Assembly (NCBI GenBank): GCA_015522955.1
Contig: WALG01000111.1
Span: forward strand, 1 to 37,021
Length of the DNA: 37,021 nucleotides
Direction of reading: 5' to 3'
Source of the DNA: DHVE2 group archaeon
Lineage (GTDB): Archaea > Thermoplasmatota > Thermoplasmata > Thermoplasmatales > Aciduliprofundaceae
Positions 25,305 to 33,605 of the stretch are shown in pieces. A model generated the notes under the pieces. That model ran no database searches, was not told where the DNA came from, and saw only the letters and a program-made list of their open reading frames with translations. The position numbers and the translations under genes were made by a program. How positions within the stretch are numbered: the first letter of the stretch is position 1; every line of letters begins with the position of its first letter.

Positions 25305-25784
25305 ATGAGCATAGTAAAACCATTTAAGGCATTAAAGCATCTTGCGAAGCATCCCCATACCGTGAGATATCCTTATCAGAATCATTTGGATATTGAGGGA
25401 GTTCCGCTTCCGACGGAGCGATACAGGGGCTTTCACTCTAATAATATTGAGACATGCATAGGGTGCCAGTTATGTGCCAAGGTATGCCCTGCCAATGCAA
25501 TCACGTACGTGAAAATTGAGAATGCAGGAAAGAAGGGGCTAAAATGGAGACCTGTGATAGACTATGGTCGATGCTGTTATTGCGGTTTCTGTACGGATAT
25601 ATGTCCCACAAAGTCGCTGATCTTAACACCCAGATATGAACTTATAAGCAAGAAGGTGGAAGATTACAAGTTTATACCTACAGTGCAGGTTCGAGAGCAC
25701 AAAGAGCATTATATCTCGCTCAATGAGGTGCTTTTCTCTCCCGAAGAATACAAACCTCCTAAGGAAACCCAAGAAAAAGAGTAA
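25305..25784 (+). CDS. NuoI-like 2x[4Fe-4S] ferredoxin subunit (MbsN-equivalent)
   Basis: 159 aa from ATG 25305, with a GAGGTGA SD. Two cluster motifs are present, 'CIGCQLCAKVCP' and 'CCYCGFCTDICP'. A T-rich stretch follows the stop. Confidence 0.85.
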   Translation: MSIVKPFKALKHLAKHPHTVRYPYQNHLDIEGVPLPTERYRGFHSNNIETCIGCQLCAKVCPANAITYVKIENAGKKGLKWRPVIDYGRCCYCGFCTDICPTKSLILTPRYELISKKVEDYKFIPTVQVREHKEHYISLNEVLFSPEEYKPPKETQEKE

Positions 25785-25827
25785 TTTTTGAGGAAACTCT
25801 TTATATTCTAATTTCTTTCTTGCTTTG

Positions 25828-26559
25828 ATGCATGTTCTTAAAATTGGCGGTGCTGCACTCACCGATAAGCACACGGGTAGAAGTTATGTGGAAGACGTGG
25901 CTGTAAGAGTTGCCAAAGAACTCAAACCTGAAAAACGTTATGTGATTGTGCATGGCGTGGGCTATGAGGGGCATCATCTTGCTAAGAAATACTCACTTCA
26001 TAAGGGATTACAAGATAATCAATGGCAATGGGCTCATGTTAGGGTTCGAGTTAAGGAGATTACACGGAGTATAGTGAACATTCTTGTCAAGCATGGGCAT
26101 CCTGCGGTGGAGGTATCCACGGCGGATATTCTCAAGACATGGAACGGCAGGATAGTGTATTTCAATCTTGAGACAATTCGGGAGTTTTTAGAGAAGGGGT
26201 TCATTCCCGTGATGCACTCTGATGGTGCCATAGATGAGAAATTAGGGCTTGTTGTGGTGTCTGGAGATACTATTGCCACAGATATCGCTCTGCGTCTTGG
26301 AGCAAAAAAACTCATCTACGGCACAGATGTGGATGGAGTGCTTGATTCTCAGGGCAACATTATTCCAAGACTGAGACGGGAGGATCTAGATAGTCTGGAT
26401 ATCTGGGAGATTGGAGATTTCTCAGGAGGGATGAAGAAGAAGATTGAAGAGTCCATGCGCACCCGAAACCTTATAATTCAGATAATAAATCTGCGTAAAG
26501 ACGGAATGCTTGCAAGAGCGCTTAACGGTGAGAGTGTGGGCACGATAATTGAGGGGTGA
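25828..26559 (+). CDS. Isopentenyl phosphate kinase (amino-acid-kinase fold)
   Basis: 243 aa from ATG 25828. 'LKIGGAALTDK', 'VIVHGVGYEGHHLAKKY' and 'SGDTIATDIAL' match my recollection of archaeal IPK motifs (K-x-G-G, H-G-x-G-x2-G-H). Confidence 0.7.
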   Translation: MHVLKIGGAALTDKHTGRSYVEDVAVRVAKELKPEKRYVIVHGVGYEGHHLAKKYSLHKGLQDNQWQWAHVRVRVKEITRSIVNILVKHGHPAVEVSTADILKTWNGRIVYFNLETIREFLEKGFIPVMHSDGAIDEKLGLVVVSGDTIATDIALRLGAKKLIYGTDVDGVLDSQGNIIPRLRREDLDSLDIWEIGDFSGGMKKKIEESMRTRNLIIQIINLRKDGMLARALNGESVGTIIEG

Positions 26560-26563
26560 TTAG

Positions 26564-27256
26564 GTGACGCTATGGGTTGATGTGGTTATAGGCATCTTGG
26601 AACTTCTTTACACGTTCTTCATTGTAATGGTTATGGACCGCGCAGTCAAGCGTGGATTTCCACAGGACATATCACGTAAGATTGTGCATATGTGGGCAGG
26701 AGGACTTGTGATATTCTGGTTTTTCTATACGACCTCCTGGGGATTGTATATATTTCTAATTACTCCTGCAATCTGGGTACTTTTATTGGTATACACAGCG
26801 CTTACCAAGAGTTCTGATGATCCTACAGTACGAAGTATGACGCGGACGGGTAACCCCAAAGAACTGTTGCTCGGAGTGTTGTTCTTTCCGCTGATGATAA
26901 TAATTATCACGCTAATTGGATATCGCACAATTGAGGGTGTTGTGGCCGTAGCCTCTGTGGGATTTGGAGATGGCATTGCACCCATTGTGGGCAAATATTA
27001 CGGGATACATAAGTATCGACTTCTGGGCAGAGAGAAGAGTTTAGAAGGTTCTCTGGGTGTGTATCTGGGCACCGTAGTCTCTTCACTTCTGCTATCACAG
27101 GCATTCTTTGGAATGTGGGATTCTATGCGCATATTTCTCGCTGCTCTCATAGCGGTAGTTCTAGAAGCCGTATCTCCAAGAGATGTGGACAATTTTATAG
27201 TTCCTCTGGGAGTATGGGCATTTTTTCACTATCTGCTGGGCATGAGCATGTTGTGA
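26564..27256 (+). CDS. CTP-transferase-1 (CdsA/dolichol kinase/phytol kinase) family membrane protein, putative polyprenol kinase
   Basis: 230-aa ORF with a GTG start after GGTGATTAG. About 6 TM helices. 'RKIVHMWAG', 'GFGDGIAPIVGKYYG' and 'KSLEGSLGVYLGT' are typical of the cytidylyltransferase-like family. The substrate cannot be read from sequence. Confidence 0.6.
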   Translation: MTLWVDVVIGILELLYTFFIVMVMDRAVKRGFPQDISRKIVHMWAGGLVIFWFFYTTSWGLYIFLITPAIWVLLLVYTALTKSSDDPTVRSMTRTGNPKELLLGVLFFPLMIIIITLIGYRTIEGVVAVASVGFGDGIAPIVGKYYGIHKYRLLGREKSLEGSLGVYLGTVVSSLLLSQAFFGMWDSMRIFLAALIAVVLEAVSPRDVDNFIVPLGVWAFFHYLLGMSML

Positions 27257-27288
27257 GCGAAAAAATAAAATTCATCACGGTCTATAGG

Positions 27289-27588
27289 ATGGGTATGAGA
27301 CTCTACGATTTCAAAAGAGGACATAGAAAAACGCTTGAAGGAATTAAAGAGATTATGAAAGAACTGTTTGGCGAGGTGCGAGAAGAGCACGGGCATCTTG
27401 TCTCTTCGTATCTTGGGCTGGAACGCATAGAGGTCTGGCCTGAGGATAAGAGAATTGCTATAGATACAAAATCACGAAAGGTGGAAAGCGATGAAGCGCA
27501 GAAGACGCTGAGAGTATGGAACGAGTTTTTGTATCGTGTTACAGGCTATACAGCAAAGGAGAGAAAGAAGAAGATGACAAAGACATGA
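27289..27588 (+). CDS. Small conserved-looking basic protein of unknown function
   Basis: This is the in-frame 3' part of track ORF 27115..27588, which no longer overlaps the upstream gene. Candidate starts are GTG 27253, ATG 27289 and ATG 27295. The product 'MGMRLYDFKRGHRKTLEGIKEIM...VTGYTAKERKKKMTKT' resembles small archaeal DUF proteins I recall only vaguely. Confidence 0.5.
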   Translation: MGMRLYDFKRGHRKTLEGIKEIMKELFGEVREEHGHLVSSYLGLERIEVWPEDKRIAIDTKSRKVESDEAQKTLRVWNEFLYRVTGYTAKERKKKMTKT

Positions 27589-27592
27589 TGCT

Positions 27593-28084
27593 TTATTTAT
27601 GTATCTCCATAATCTCAGCATTCTGATATTCCAGAATTTTTTCAGGTGTGATTTTTAGCAATTTGTCTATTTTTCCACCTCCACCAATCACATAATCGTG
27701 GTTCATAACCCTCGAATCGATGATTGTGAGAAGAGAGATACCCACAGGAGGTACACCGCCAATCTCGTAGTTTGTAAGTTCTCTAACCTCCCGGGGAGTG
27801 GCAAATCTGCATTTGCCAAATCTTCGCTCTAATTTTTTAAAATCAAGTTTGGAACTTCCATCTAAAATTGCGAGGATGGGTTGTTTATCGCATACCAATA
27901 TCAGAGATTTTATTATCATGTTTTCAGAGGCTCCTGTTGCCTGTGTTGCCTGCTTTACAGTCTTCACAACCTTACCAGTATCAAGAATCTCTGCGTCCAG
28001 AGCCTTGGCTATATCTTCAAGAGCAGTCATCCGATGCTTATTGAGTAAATGTTTAATAATATTTTCTCCATATTCTAAAGGCAA
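27593..28084 (-). CDS. YbaK/ProX-type aminoacyl-tRNA trans-editing deacylase
   Basis: 163-aa ORF with 'IIKSLILVCDKQPILAILDGSSKLDFKKLE' and 'TNYEIGGVPPVGI', the YbaK/EbsC/ProX editing-domain pattern. Confidence 0.75.
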   Translation of the reverse strand: MPLEYGENIIKHLLNKHRMTALEDIAKALDAEILDTGKVVKTVKQATQATGASENMIIKSLILVCDKQPILAILDGSSKLDFKKLERRFGKCRFATPREVRELTNYEIGGVPPVGISLLTIIDSRVMNHDYVIGGGGKIDKLLKITPEKILEYQNAEIMEIHK

Positions 28085-28252
28085 AAATTTAAGAGAACAA
28101 GTACATTATTGTTACTATGAAAGATAATCTGAGCAAGATTAGAATTACTCAGGATAAATTTTTCAATCCCAGCCCAATCTATACGTTGAAAATTGTCACT
28201 TTATTTGATGTGGAGAATGAAATGAGAGGTCTGGCTCAGTAAGGGATTAAAT

Positions 28253-29476
28253 ATGAGTTCTGCAAGAATTTCCAGATTAAAATTGATGATTCTCCTGACT
28301 CTGTTTCTGACCACGGTCACCGGATACATTGCCAGAATGAGCATCTCTGTGGCTCTAAAATTCATAGCGATGGATTACGGATGGAACATTTCGCAGATTG
28401 GAAATCTTGGAGGCCTGCTCCTTGGAATTTTCTTGGTTGGCTATGGGATATCTAACATATTTTTGAGTCCTTTTATAGACAGGTTTGGAGCAAGGAATGT
28501 GCTGTTAATATCTATGATCTCCTGGTCTCTGACCCTTTTCTTAGCAGGTGCAGCGGGATATATTTATTCTATATTGTTTTTATCTCGATTTTTGCTGGGA
28601 CTGACCCAAGGAGTGCTCTTTCCCTCTGCAAACAAGGTCACTGCCTACTGGTTCACAGAGAGAGAAGGTGCCAGAGCAAGTTCTGTGTTTTTAAGCAGTG
28701 CTACCGTGGGCAACATGCTCACTCCACTGCTCCTCACTCCCCTGATTATAAGCATCTCATGGAGTTTTGCATTTTATTTTGCCGGGGCTTTGGGGCTTGC
28801 TCTGGTGCCCATGGTAGCAGTATTTATCAAGACTCCAGTTAAGGAAGAGCGTGCTAAAAAACTCGAGATTTGGCATTTATTTAAGAGCCTGCTCACAAAC
28901 AGAAACTTTGTAGGTGTGCTAGCAGGTTATATCTCAGGAGCAATTATATGGTGGGGCATAGGGCTCTGGCTTCCCACCTATCTAATGGATGCTCTAGGAG
29001 TATCCGCCAATCACCTATCTTATGCCGCGACCATCCCGTATCTGGGCGGACTTGTGGGACTGTTTCTGGCCTCTTGGATAAGTGATGTTACTGGAAAGCG
29101 AAAGAGCGTGGTGGTAATAAGTTTTTCTCTCAGTGCTGTATTTTTCATACTTCTAGCACTAATAGGAACCACTTCATGGATTCTGGCAGATGTGCTGTGC
29201 TTTATGATATTCTTCACCACTGATATGATGACTCCTGTATTTTTTGCAATGCTGCAGATCAGAGTGCCAAGGGAAATGGTAGGGTCTGCCACGGGTCTTA
29301 TGAATGGGATGGGAAACGGGTTTGGAGTGGTCGGACCCGTGCTGATAGGTGCTATATACGGAGCCACAGGTTCTTATTCTCTGGGTATGTTGTCCATGGG
29401 CATTATAGCCATTGTGGGAGTGTTGCTGTTCTACATTATATTCAGAGAAGAGGATAAGACACTTGTGAATGCATAA
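28253..29476 (+). CDS. MFS transporter (anion:cation symporter-like)
   Basis: 407-aa ORF with about 12 hydrophobic helices. It has the TM2-3 loop 'DRFGARNVLL', and 'LSRFLLGLTQGVLFPSANK' resembles the ACS subfamily. Confidence 0.8.
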   Translation: MSSARISRLKLMILLTLFLTTVTGYIARMSISVALKFIAMDYGWNISQIGNLGGLLLGIFLVGYGISNIFLSPFIDRFGARNVLLISMISWSLTLFLAGAAGYIYSILFLSRFLLGLTQGVLFPSANKVTAYWFTEREGARASSVFLSSATVGNMLTPLLLTPLIISISWSFAFYFAGALGLALVPMVAVFIKTPVKEERAKKLEIWHLFKSLLTNRNFVGVLAGYISGAIIWWGIGLWLPTYLMDALGVSANHLSYAATIPYLGGLVGLFLASWISDVTGKRKSVVVISFSLSAVFFILLALIGTTSWILADVLCFMIFFTTDMMTPVFFAMLQIRVPREMVGSATGLMNGMGNGFGVVGPVLIGAIYGATGSYSLGMLSMGIIAIVGVLLFYIIFREEDKTLVNA

Positions 29477-29520
29477 ACTCACCTAAACCCTTATATGCAG
29501 CCTCCGGGTTATCTGTATGG

Positions 29521-30189
29521 ATGGATAGAGTAATCAGTTTTGATTGTTATGGTACGATAATTGACTGGGAAACAGGGATAGTACAAGCATTGAGCGAGAT
29601 ATTTGCAAAGAGGGGAATCAGAGTGCAGAGAGAAGAGATGCTGAAACACTATGCTCAGGTAGAGGCAATGCTGGAAAAAGAGTATTGTTGCTACAAGGAT
29701 ATCTTGAGAAATTTGGTTGCTGAGATAGCACGAAGATATGGAATATACGTGACGGATAAGGAGAAAAACGTGCTTGTGGATAGTTTGCCTTCCTGGCCTG
29801 CCTTTTCAGATTCTAGAGACGCATTGCTCAAAATAAAAGAGAAGAATAAAATTGCCATAATCTCGAATATTGATAATGATCTTATTGTGAGGACGATAGA
29901 GAATCTTAGTGTAGAGTTCGATTTTGTGATAACTGCAGAGATGGTAAAAGCATACAAGCCTTCAGTGAAAGTATTCGAATATGCTTATAAGGTATTTGGC
30001 GTGCCAAAATCAAAATGGATTCATGCGGCACAGAGCGTATATCATGATATATTGCCAGCCAAAAAGTATGGAATTAAGGTTGTATGGATAAGAAGGCGTG
30101 GCTATGGTGCTACACTGCCTGTTGAGGGCAGTGCTGATCTGGTGTTTGAAAATCTGGAAGAACTATCCGAGTATTTAAGCGAGAAATGA
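29521..30189 (+). CDS. HAD-superfamily hydrolase, haloacid dehalogenase type II-like
   Basis: 222-aa ORF. Motif I is 'SFDCYGTIIDWE' (D-x-Y-GT). Also 'IISNID', 'KAYKP' and 'HAAQSVYHDILPAKKYG'. Confidence 0.75.
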   Translation: MDRVISFDCYGTIIDWETGIVQALSEIFAKRGIRVQREEMLKHYAQVEAMLEKEYCCYKDILRNLVAEIARRYGIYVTDKEKNVLVDSLPSWPAFSDSRDALLKIKEKNKIAIISNIDNDLIVRTIENLSVEFDFVITAEMVKAYKPSVKVFEYAYKVFGVPKSKWIHAAQSVYHDILPAKKYGIKVVWIRRRGYGATLPVEGSADLVFENLEELSEYLSEK

Positions 30190-30508
30190 TGCATGAAATC
30201 TGCATTGAAAATACGTGCAAAACTTATTCTCCATGATTTTTCGAGACGTTATAACTCAAAAAATAGATCTGAGTAGCCAAATAGTGAGAACATAGATGGA
30301 GTATATGGACACCTTAATAAAGGGTGATTAGGCGGTGTTAAATGATATAAAATATGGTAAAGATTACGGGCTGATGAAACTCCTGAGGATTCAATTTAAT
30401 TTTTGAAGTTTCTTGAGTGGTTGGCAATCTACCTGACAATTATAGAATTTTTGCAAAATGGTGAGTATAAACACGAGGTATAAAATAGTATGAATGTTAT
30501 AGAATAGC

Positions 30509-33001
30509 ATGGAGGGAACTAAGAGTAAGTTGATTGTTCCCATCTTGGTTATGGTGATGCTAATTTTTTCATCACTAATAACTCTGGGAGGAGGAGCAAA
30601 TGGTAACGAAATAAAGAATTCGGCTATGGCAGATTATAGGCAGATACTTTTCATCTATGATAATACCACGCTTGCTGGAGAGTGGATGGATTATCTGGAT
30701 GGTTTGGGCTATCATATGGTAAATTTTCTGCCATACAATATGACCAGAAATGTAGAGTATGAGGATTATGCGCTCATCATAATTGGTACCGATTCCCACG
30801 CGGTGAATCCTGTGGACCTGAAGATTATGCTAAGGTCTCATATACCTATCTTGGGTGCGGGATATGGGGGTATATATGCCTATGCAAGTATGGGATACCC
30901 TGCTAACTATGCCATCTATTCAACCAATCAACTGGTGGTGAAGAAAAACCTGTCTGTTTACAATACACCCCATCAAATAGCAGGGGTGCCTGGCACTTTA
31001 ACATTATTCGATAACTCTGCATCTCGCATGTATCTGGGAAGAAAATCAAGTTTGAATGATAATCAGTCACTGTGCATGGGATTTTACTATAACAATCTTG
31101 ATTATGCACCAATAATTCAGATTAAAAATTTTGTGCTATTCGGATATACACAGAGTCCTGCACATCTCACCAGTGATGGAGACAATCTCCTGAGCAATCT
31201 TATTCATTATACATACTATTATTATGCCATGAATGTACCCATTACCAAGGCTCAATACAAGATTACCACTGATGGAACACCCTACATATCCGAATGGTAT
31301 CCATCCATGAAAGTACCAGTGGAGCATTACAGTTATGTGTCGATGGTTGAAGATCCAGATTATCTCTATATCTGGATACATATGACCAATTCAACATACT
31401 CCAACGATTTTGTGGATGTATGGTTCGAAAGAGATAACAACAGAACGGTGGGGATAGACACCTCTGTGTTCTATATCGTCTTTGAAGAATATTATGGCCT
31501 ATCTTACAGGGAGGCAAATGGTTATAATTCCTGGAGTTCGTTTAAGAGATTTGACGGTATTAATTTTGCAGGTAATGCAACCTACACGTCGTCGCATATG
31601 GATGCTGAGATTCGCGTATCCAAGCACTATCTGGGAATAGCCCGTGGAAGTAACAATATTATGGGGTTTGGAGTAATGTACCAGTTAAACGGAGTTATAG
31701 GGGCCTATCCCAACACATTCTCCTGGCAAGATGCGCAAACAGCCATTACCACTTACTCAGAGTATAACTGGAATGGAGAACTCAATTATCTAAACTCAAA
31801 GAGATGGGCATCTATAAATGTAGATGGGCTCTATAATGGTGATGAATGGCTTGGTGCGAGTCATTATCCACTTAAAATGTATGAGGATGGAAATCCATAC
31901 CAGATTAATGTATGTCATGACAGCAACAATCTGTATATTGGTGGATACATACCTAATGCAACAGGCTCTTATTCAAGTATATACCTATACTTTGACACCA
32001 ACGGTGATGGCGGTGCTGCACCTCACACTGATGATTTTGAAATATGGGGTGGCAAAAGCTCATCGGGTACCTTTACTGTCTCAGAGCATTACGGAACAGG
32101 CACTGGATGGGGGACTGTGCAAACTCTCACAAATGCGGATATGAAATTCAAAATGAGAGCAACCTCAGTGCATTTTGAACTGAGAATATCTTTTTCAAAA
32201 CTTGGAATAACTCCGGACAGTTATAAAGAGATAAGAATGCAGATAGCCCTGAATATAGCAGGTGCTGTGAATAGAATACCCAGAGATGCACAGCATACGG
32301 TTCCAGATACCTGGAATCTGGTACTGTATTCACAGGCTCTCTGGGACACGGATCAGATGACCATGGATGCTCGAGAGGGGTACTCTGTAAATGTTGATGG
32401 AGATCTTTACGAATGGAGCGATTCATCGTTCTTCTACAAAGCACCCACACCCATGGGAAAACACATAACCGTGCTCGTGAAGCATGATGCAGAGCATTTG
32501 ATAATTGGATTACGCTACATAAAGCCCAATGATGCAGGAAACACTAATCTTCAACTGGGCTTTGATGTGGGTCATAATGGAGGATCTCCAGAAACCAGAG
32601 ATTTTGTGATTATGATCTATCATCAGGGAAGCGCAAGAGAGTTTCAAGGAGATCCGAGCACTGGATGGTGGAGCGAGGTTGCACCCTCTGGATGGAACTA
32701 CGCTATGGACAATTCATCCACCACAGGATGGACCGTGGAGATTGCTATAGAGTACAGCAAACTTGGTATCACATCCGAAATGCCGTTACAGATTGGATTT
32801 ATATTATACATGTATGAGGATAGTGTTGGCTATTCTCTCTTTCCTGTGGGCGGTATGTTTGGAGATTTGAGCACATGGAATACCATAACCTCCTCGGATA
32901 ACTGGGGAGAAGAGGTCATTCCTGAGTTTGGAACATTGGGAGTCATAATACTTGGCACTGTTGTCGCAGCCATGGTTATTATGAAAAGAAGAAAAACATA
33001 G
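30509..33001 (+). CDS. Secreted surface protein with an N-terminal alpha/beta-like domain, three CBM9/DOMON-like repeats and a PEF-CTERM-like sorting signal
   Basis: 830-aa ORF with the signal/anchor 'LIVPILVMVMLIFSSLITLGGGANG'. Three modules begin 'ITTDG..EW', 'INVDGLYNGDEW' and 'VNVDGDLYEW', and end 'EIRVSKHYLGI', 'ELRISFSKLGI' and 'EIAIEYSKLGI'. The C-terminus is 'IPEFGTLGVIILGTVVAAMVIMKRRKT'. A TATA-like 'tataaaat' lies about 27 nt upstream of the ATG and there is no SD. Confidence 0.8.
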   Translation: MEGTKSKLIVPILVMVMLIFSSLITLGGGANGNEIKNSAMADYRQILFIYDNTTLAGEWMDYLDGLGYHMVNFLPYNMTRNVEYEDYALIIIGTDSHAVNPVDLKIMLRSHIPILGAGYGGIYAYASMGYPANYAIYSTNQLVVKKNLSVYNTPHQIAGVPGTLTLFDNSASRMYLGRKSSLNDNQSLCMGFYYNNLDYAPIIQIKNFVLFGYTQSPAHLTSDGDNLLSNLIHYTYYYYAMNVPITKAQYKITTDGTPYISEWYPSMKVPVEHYSYVSMVEDPDYLYIWIHMTNSTYSNDFVDVWFERDNNRTVGIDTSVFYIVFEEYYGLSYREANGYNSWSSFKRFDGINFAGNATYTSSHMDAEIRVSKHYLGIARGSNNIMGFGVMYQLNGVIGAYPNTFSWQDAQTAITTYSEYNWNGELNYLNSKRWASINVDGLYNGDEWLGASHYPLKMYEDGNPYQINVCHDSNNLYIGGYIPNATGSYSSIYLYFDTNGDGGAAPHTDDFEIWGGKSSSGTFTVSEHYGTGTGWGTVQTLTNADMKFKMRATSVHFELRISFSKLGITPDSYKEIRMQIALNIAGAVNRIPRDAQHTVPDTWNLVLYSQALWDTDQMTMDAREGYSVNVDGDLYEWSDSSFFYKAPTPMGKHITVLVKHDAEHLIIGLRYIKPNDAGNTNLQLGFDVGHNGGSPETRDFVIMIYHQGSAREFQGDPSTGWWSEVAPSGWNYAMDNSSTTGWTVEIAIEYSKLGITSEMPLQIGFILYMYEDSVGYSLFPVGGMFGDLSTWNTITSSDNWGEEVIPEFGTLGVIILGTVVAAMVIMKRRKT

Positions 33002-33090
33002 TTCTCTCTTCCAATTTTTATGCGCTTATTGAGTATGCTAATTTTAAAGAGAGCAAAAAGATTATAATTCACAAGGCAATGCGGATAAGA

Positions 33091-33175
33091 GCAGGGGTTA
33101 CCGAGCCAGGTCAAAGGTGCGGGATTTAGGGTCCCGTCCCGTAGGGGTTCGAGGGTTCGAATCCCTCCCCCTGCA
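33091..33175 (+). tRNA. tRNA-Leu (anticodon UAG), long variable arm
   Basis: Acceptor GCAGGGG/CCCCUGC with A73. D arm ACC-GAGCCAGGUCAAA-GGU. Anticodon stem CGGGA/UCCCG with loop UUUAGGG. Variable arm UCCCGUAGGGGUUC. T arm GAGGG-UUCGAAU-CCCUC. A TATA-like 'attataatt' lies about 25 nt upstream. Confidence 0.85.
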
Positions 33176-33271
33176 TCCCCTTAAGTATACGGGCAAAATA
33201 ACTACTACCCACAGCGCTACGGAATGATTATGTACTGATTTTCATTTACACTTTAATTTTAACCCGACTAA

Positions 33272-33454
33272 AATTTAACTTCGCTTCATGCCTCTCCAGA
33301 AAAGGTAGAGCGCGGATTGAGGTCTTTCATAGAGAAATACTCACCCGAAACCGCAGTAATTGTTTCCTATATGGGAGAGGGAGGAGAGAGAAAGATAAAT
33401 AATACAGATGTGGTGTTTGAGAATTTGATGGAACTCTGGTATTTATTAGCATAG
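33272..33454 (+). pseudogene. Orphan 3' gene fragment (60 codons plus stop, no start codon or upstream body)
   Basis: The frame is open from just after TAA 33269..33271 to TAG 33452..33454. It reads 'NLTSLHASPEKVERGLRSFIEKYSPETAVIVSYMGEGGERKINNTDVVFENLMELWYLLA'. This is protein-like composition and reads like the C-terminal tail of a longer protein. It possibly belongs to an archaeal AAA-ATPase/DUF4143-type protein, but that is recollection only. Confidence 0.35.
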
Positions 33455-33605
33455 ATTGCCTTTGCTACACTATTTAACTTTTTTAGTAGCCTTAAAAATC
33501 GTTATTCTTGCCTGATTCTATAAATGTGTTTGCATTTACCACGCATCGGAGGTTCAATATCTTCTTAGAGAGAAATTTAAATAAAGATAGAGAGATATAA
33601 GATCC

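Noticed and set aside
27115-27288. N-terminal extensions of track ORFs that overlap upstream genes. The track starts concerned are 3073, 11703, 13810, 20328, 23062, 25239 and 27115.
   Set aside because: In each case an internal ATG with a good SD, or a start/stop overlap with the upstream gene, begins the region of family similarity. The extension has no homology-like character and overlaps the preceding coding sequence.
30186-30282. Possible box C/D sRNA in the spacer after the HAD gene. It shows AUGAUGC, then AUGAUUU, then CUGA.
   Set aside because: The box C is imperfect and the span is about 97 nt, much longer than archaeal C/D sRNAs. No proper D'/C' pair or terminal stem could be drawn.
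33091-33605. A delimitable integrated element (attL/attR) anchored on tRNA-Leu.
   Set aside because: There is no integrase or transposase gene. I found no second copy of the tRNA-Leu 3' segment ('gggttcgaatccctccccctgca') anywhere in the window by eye. Only a remnant-level observation is retained.
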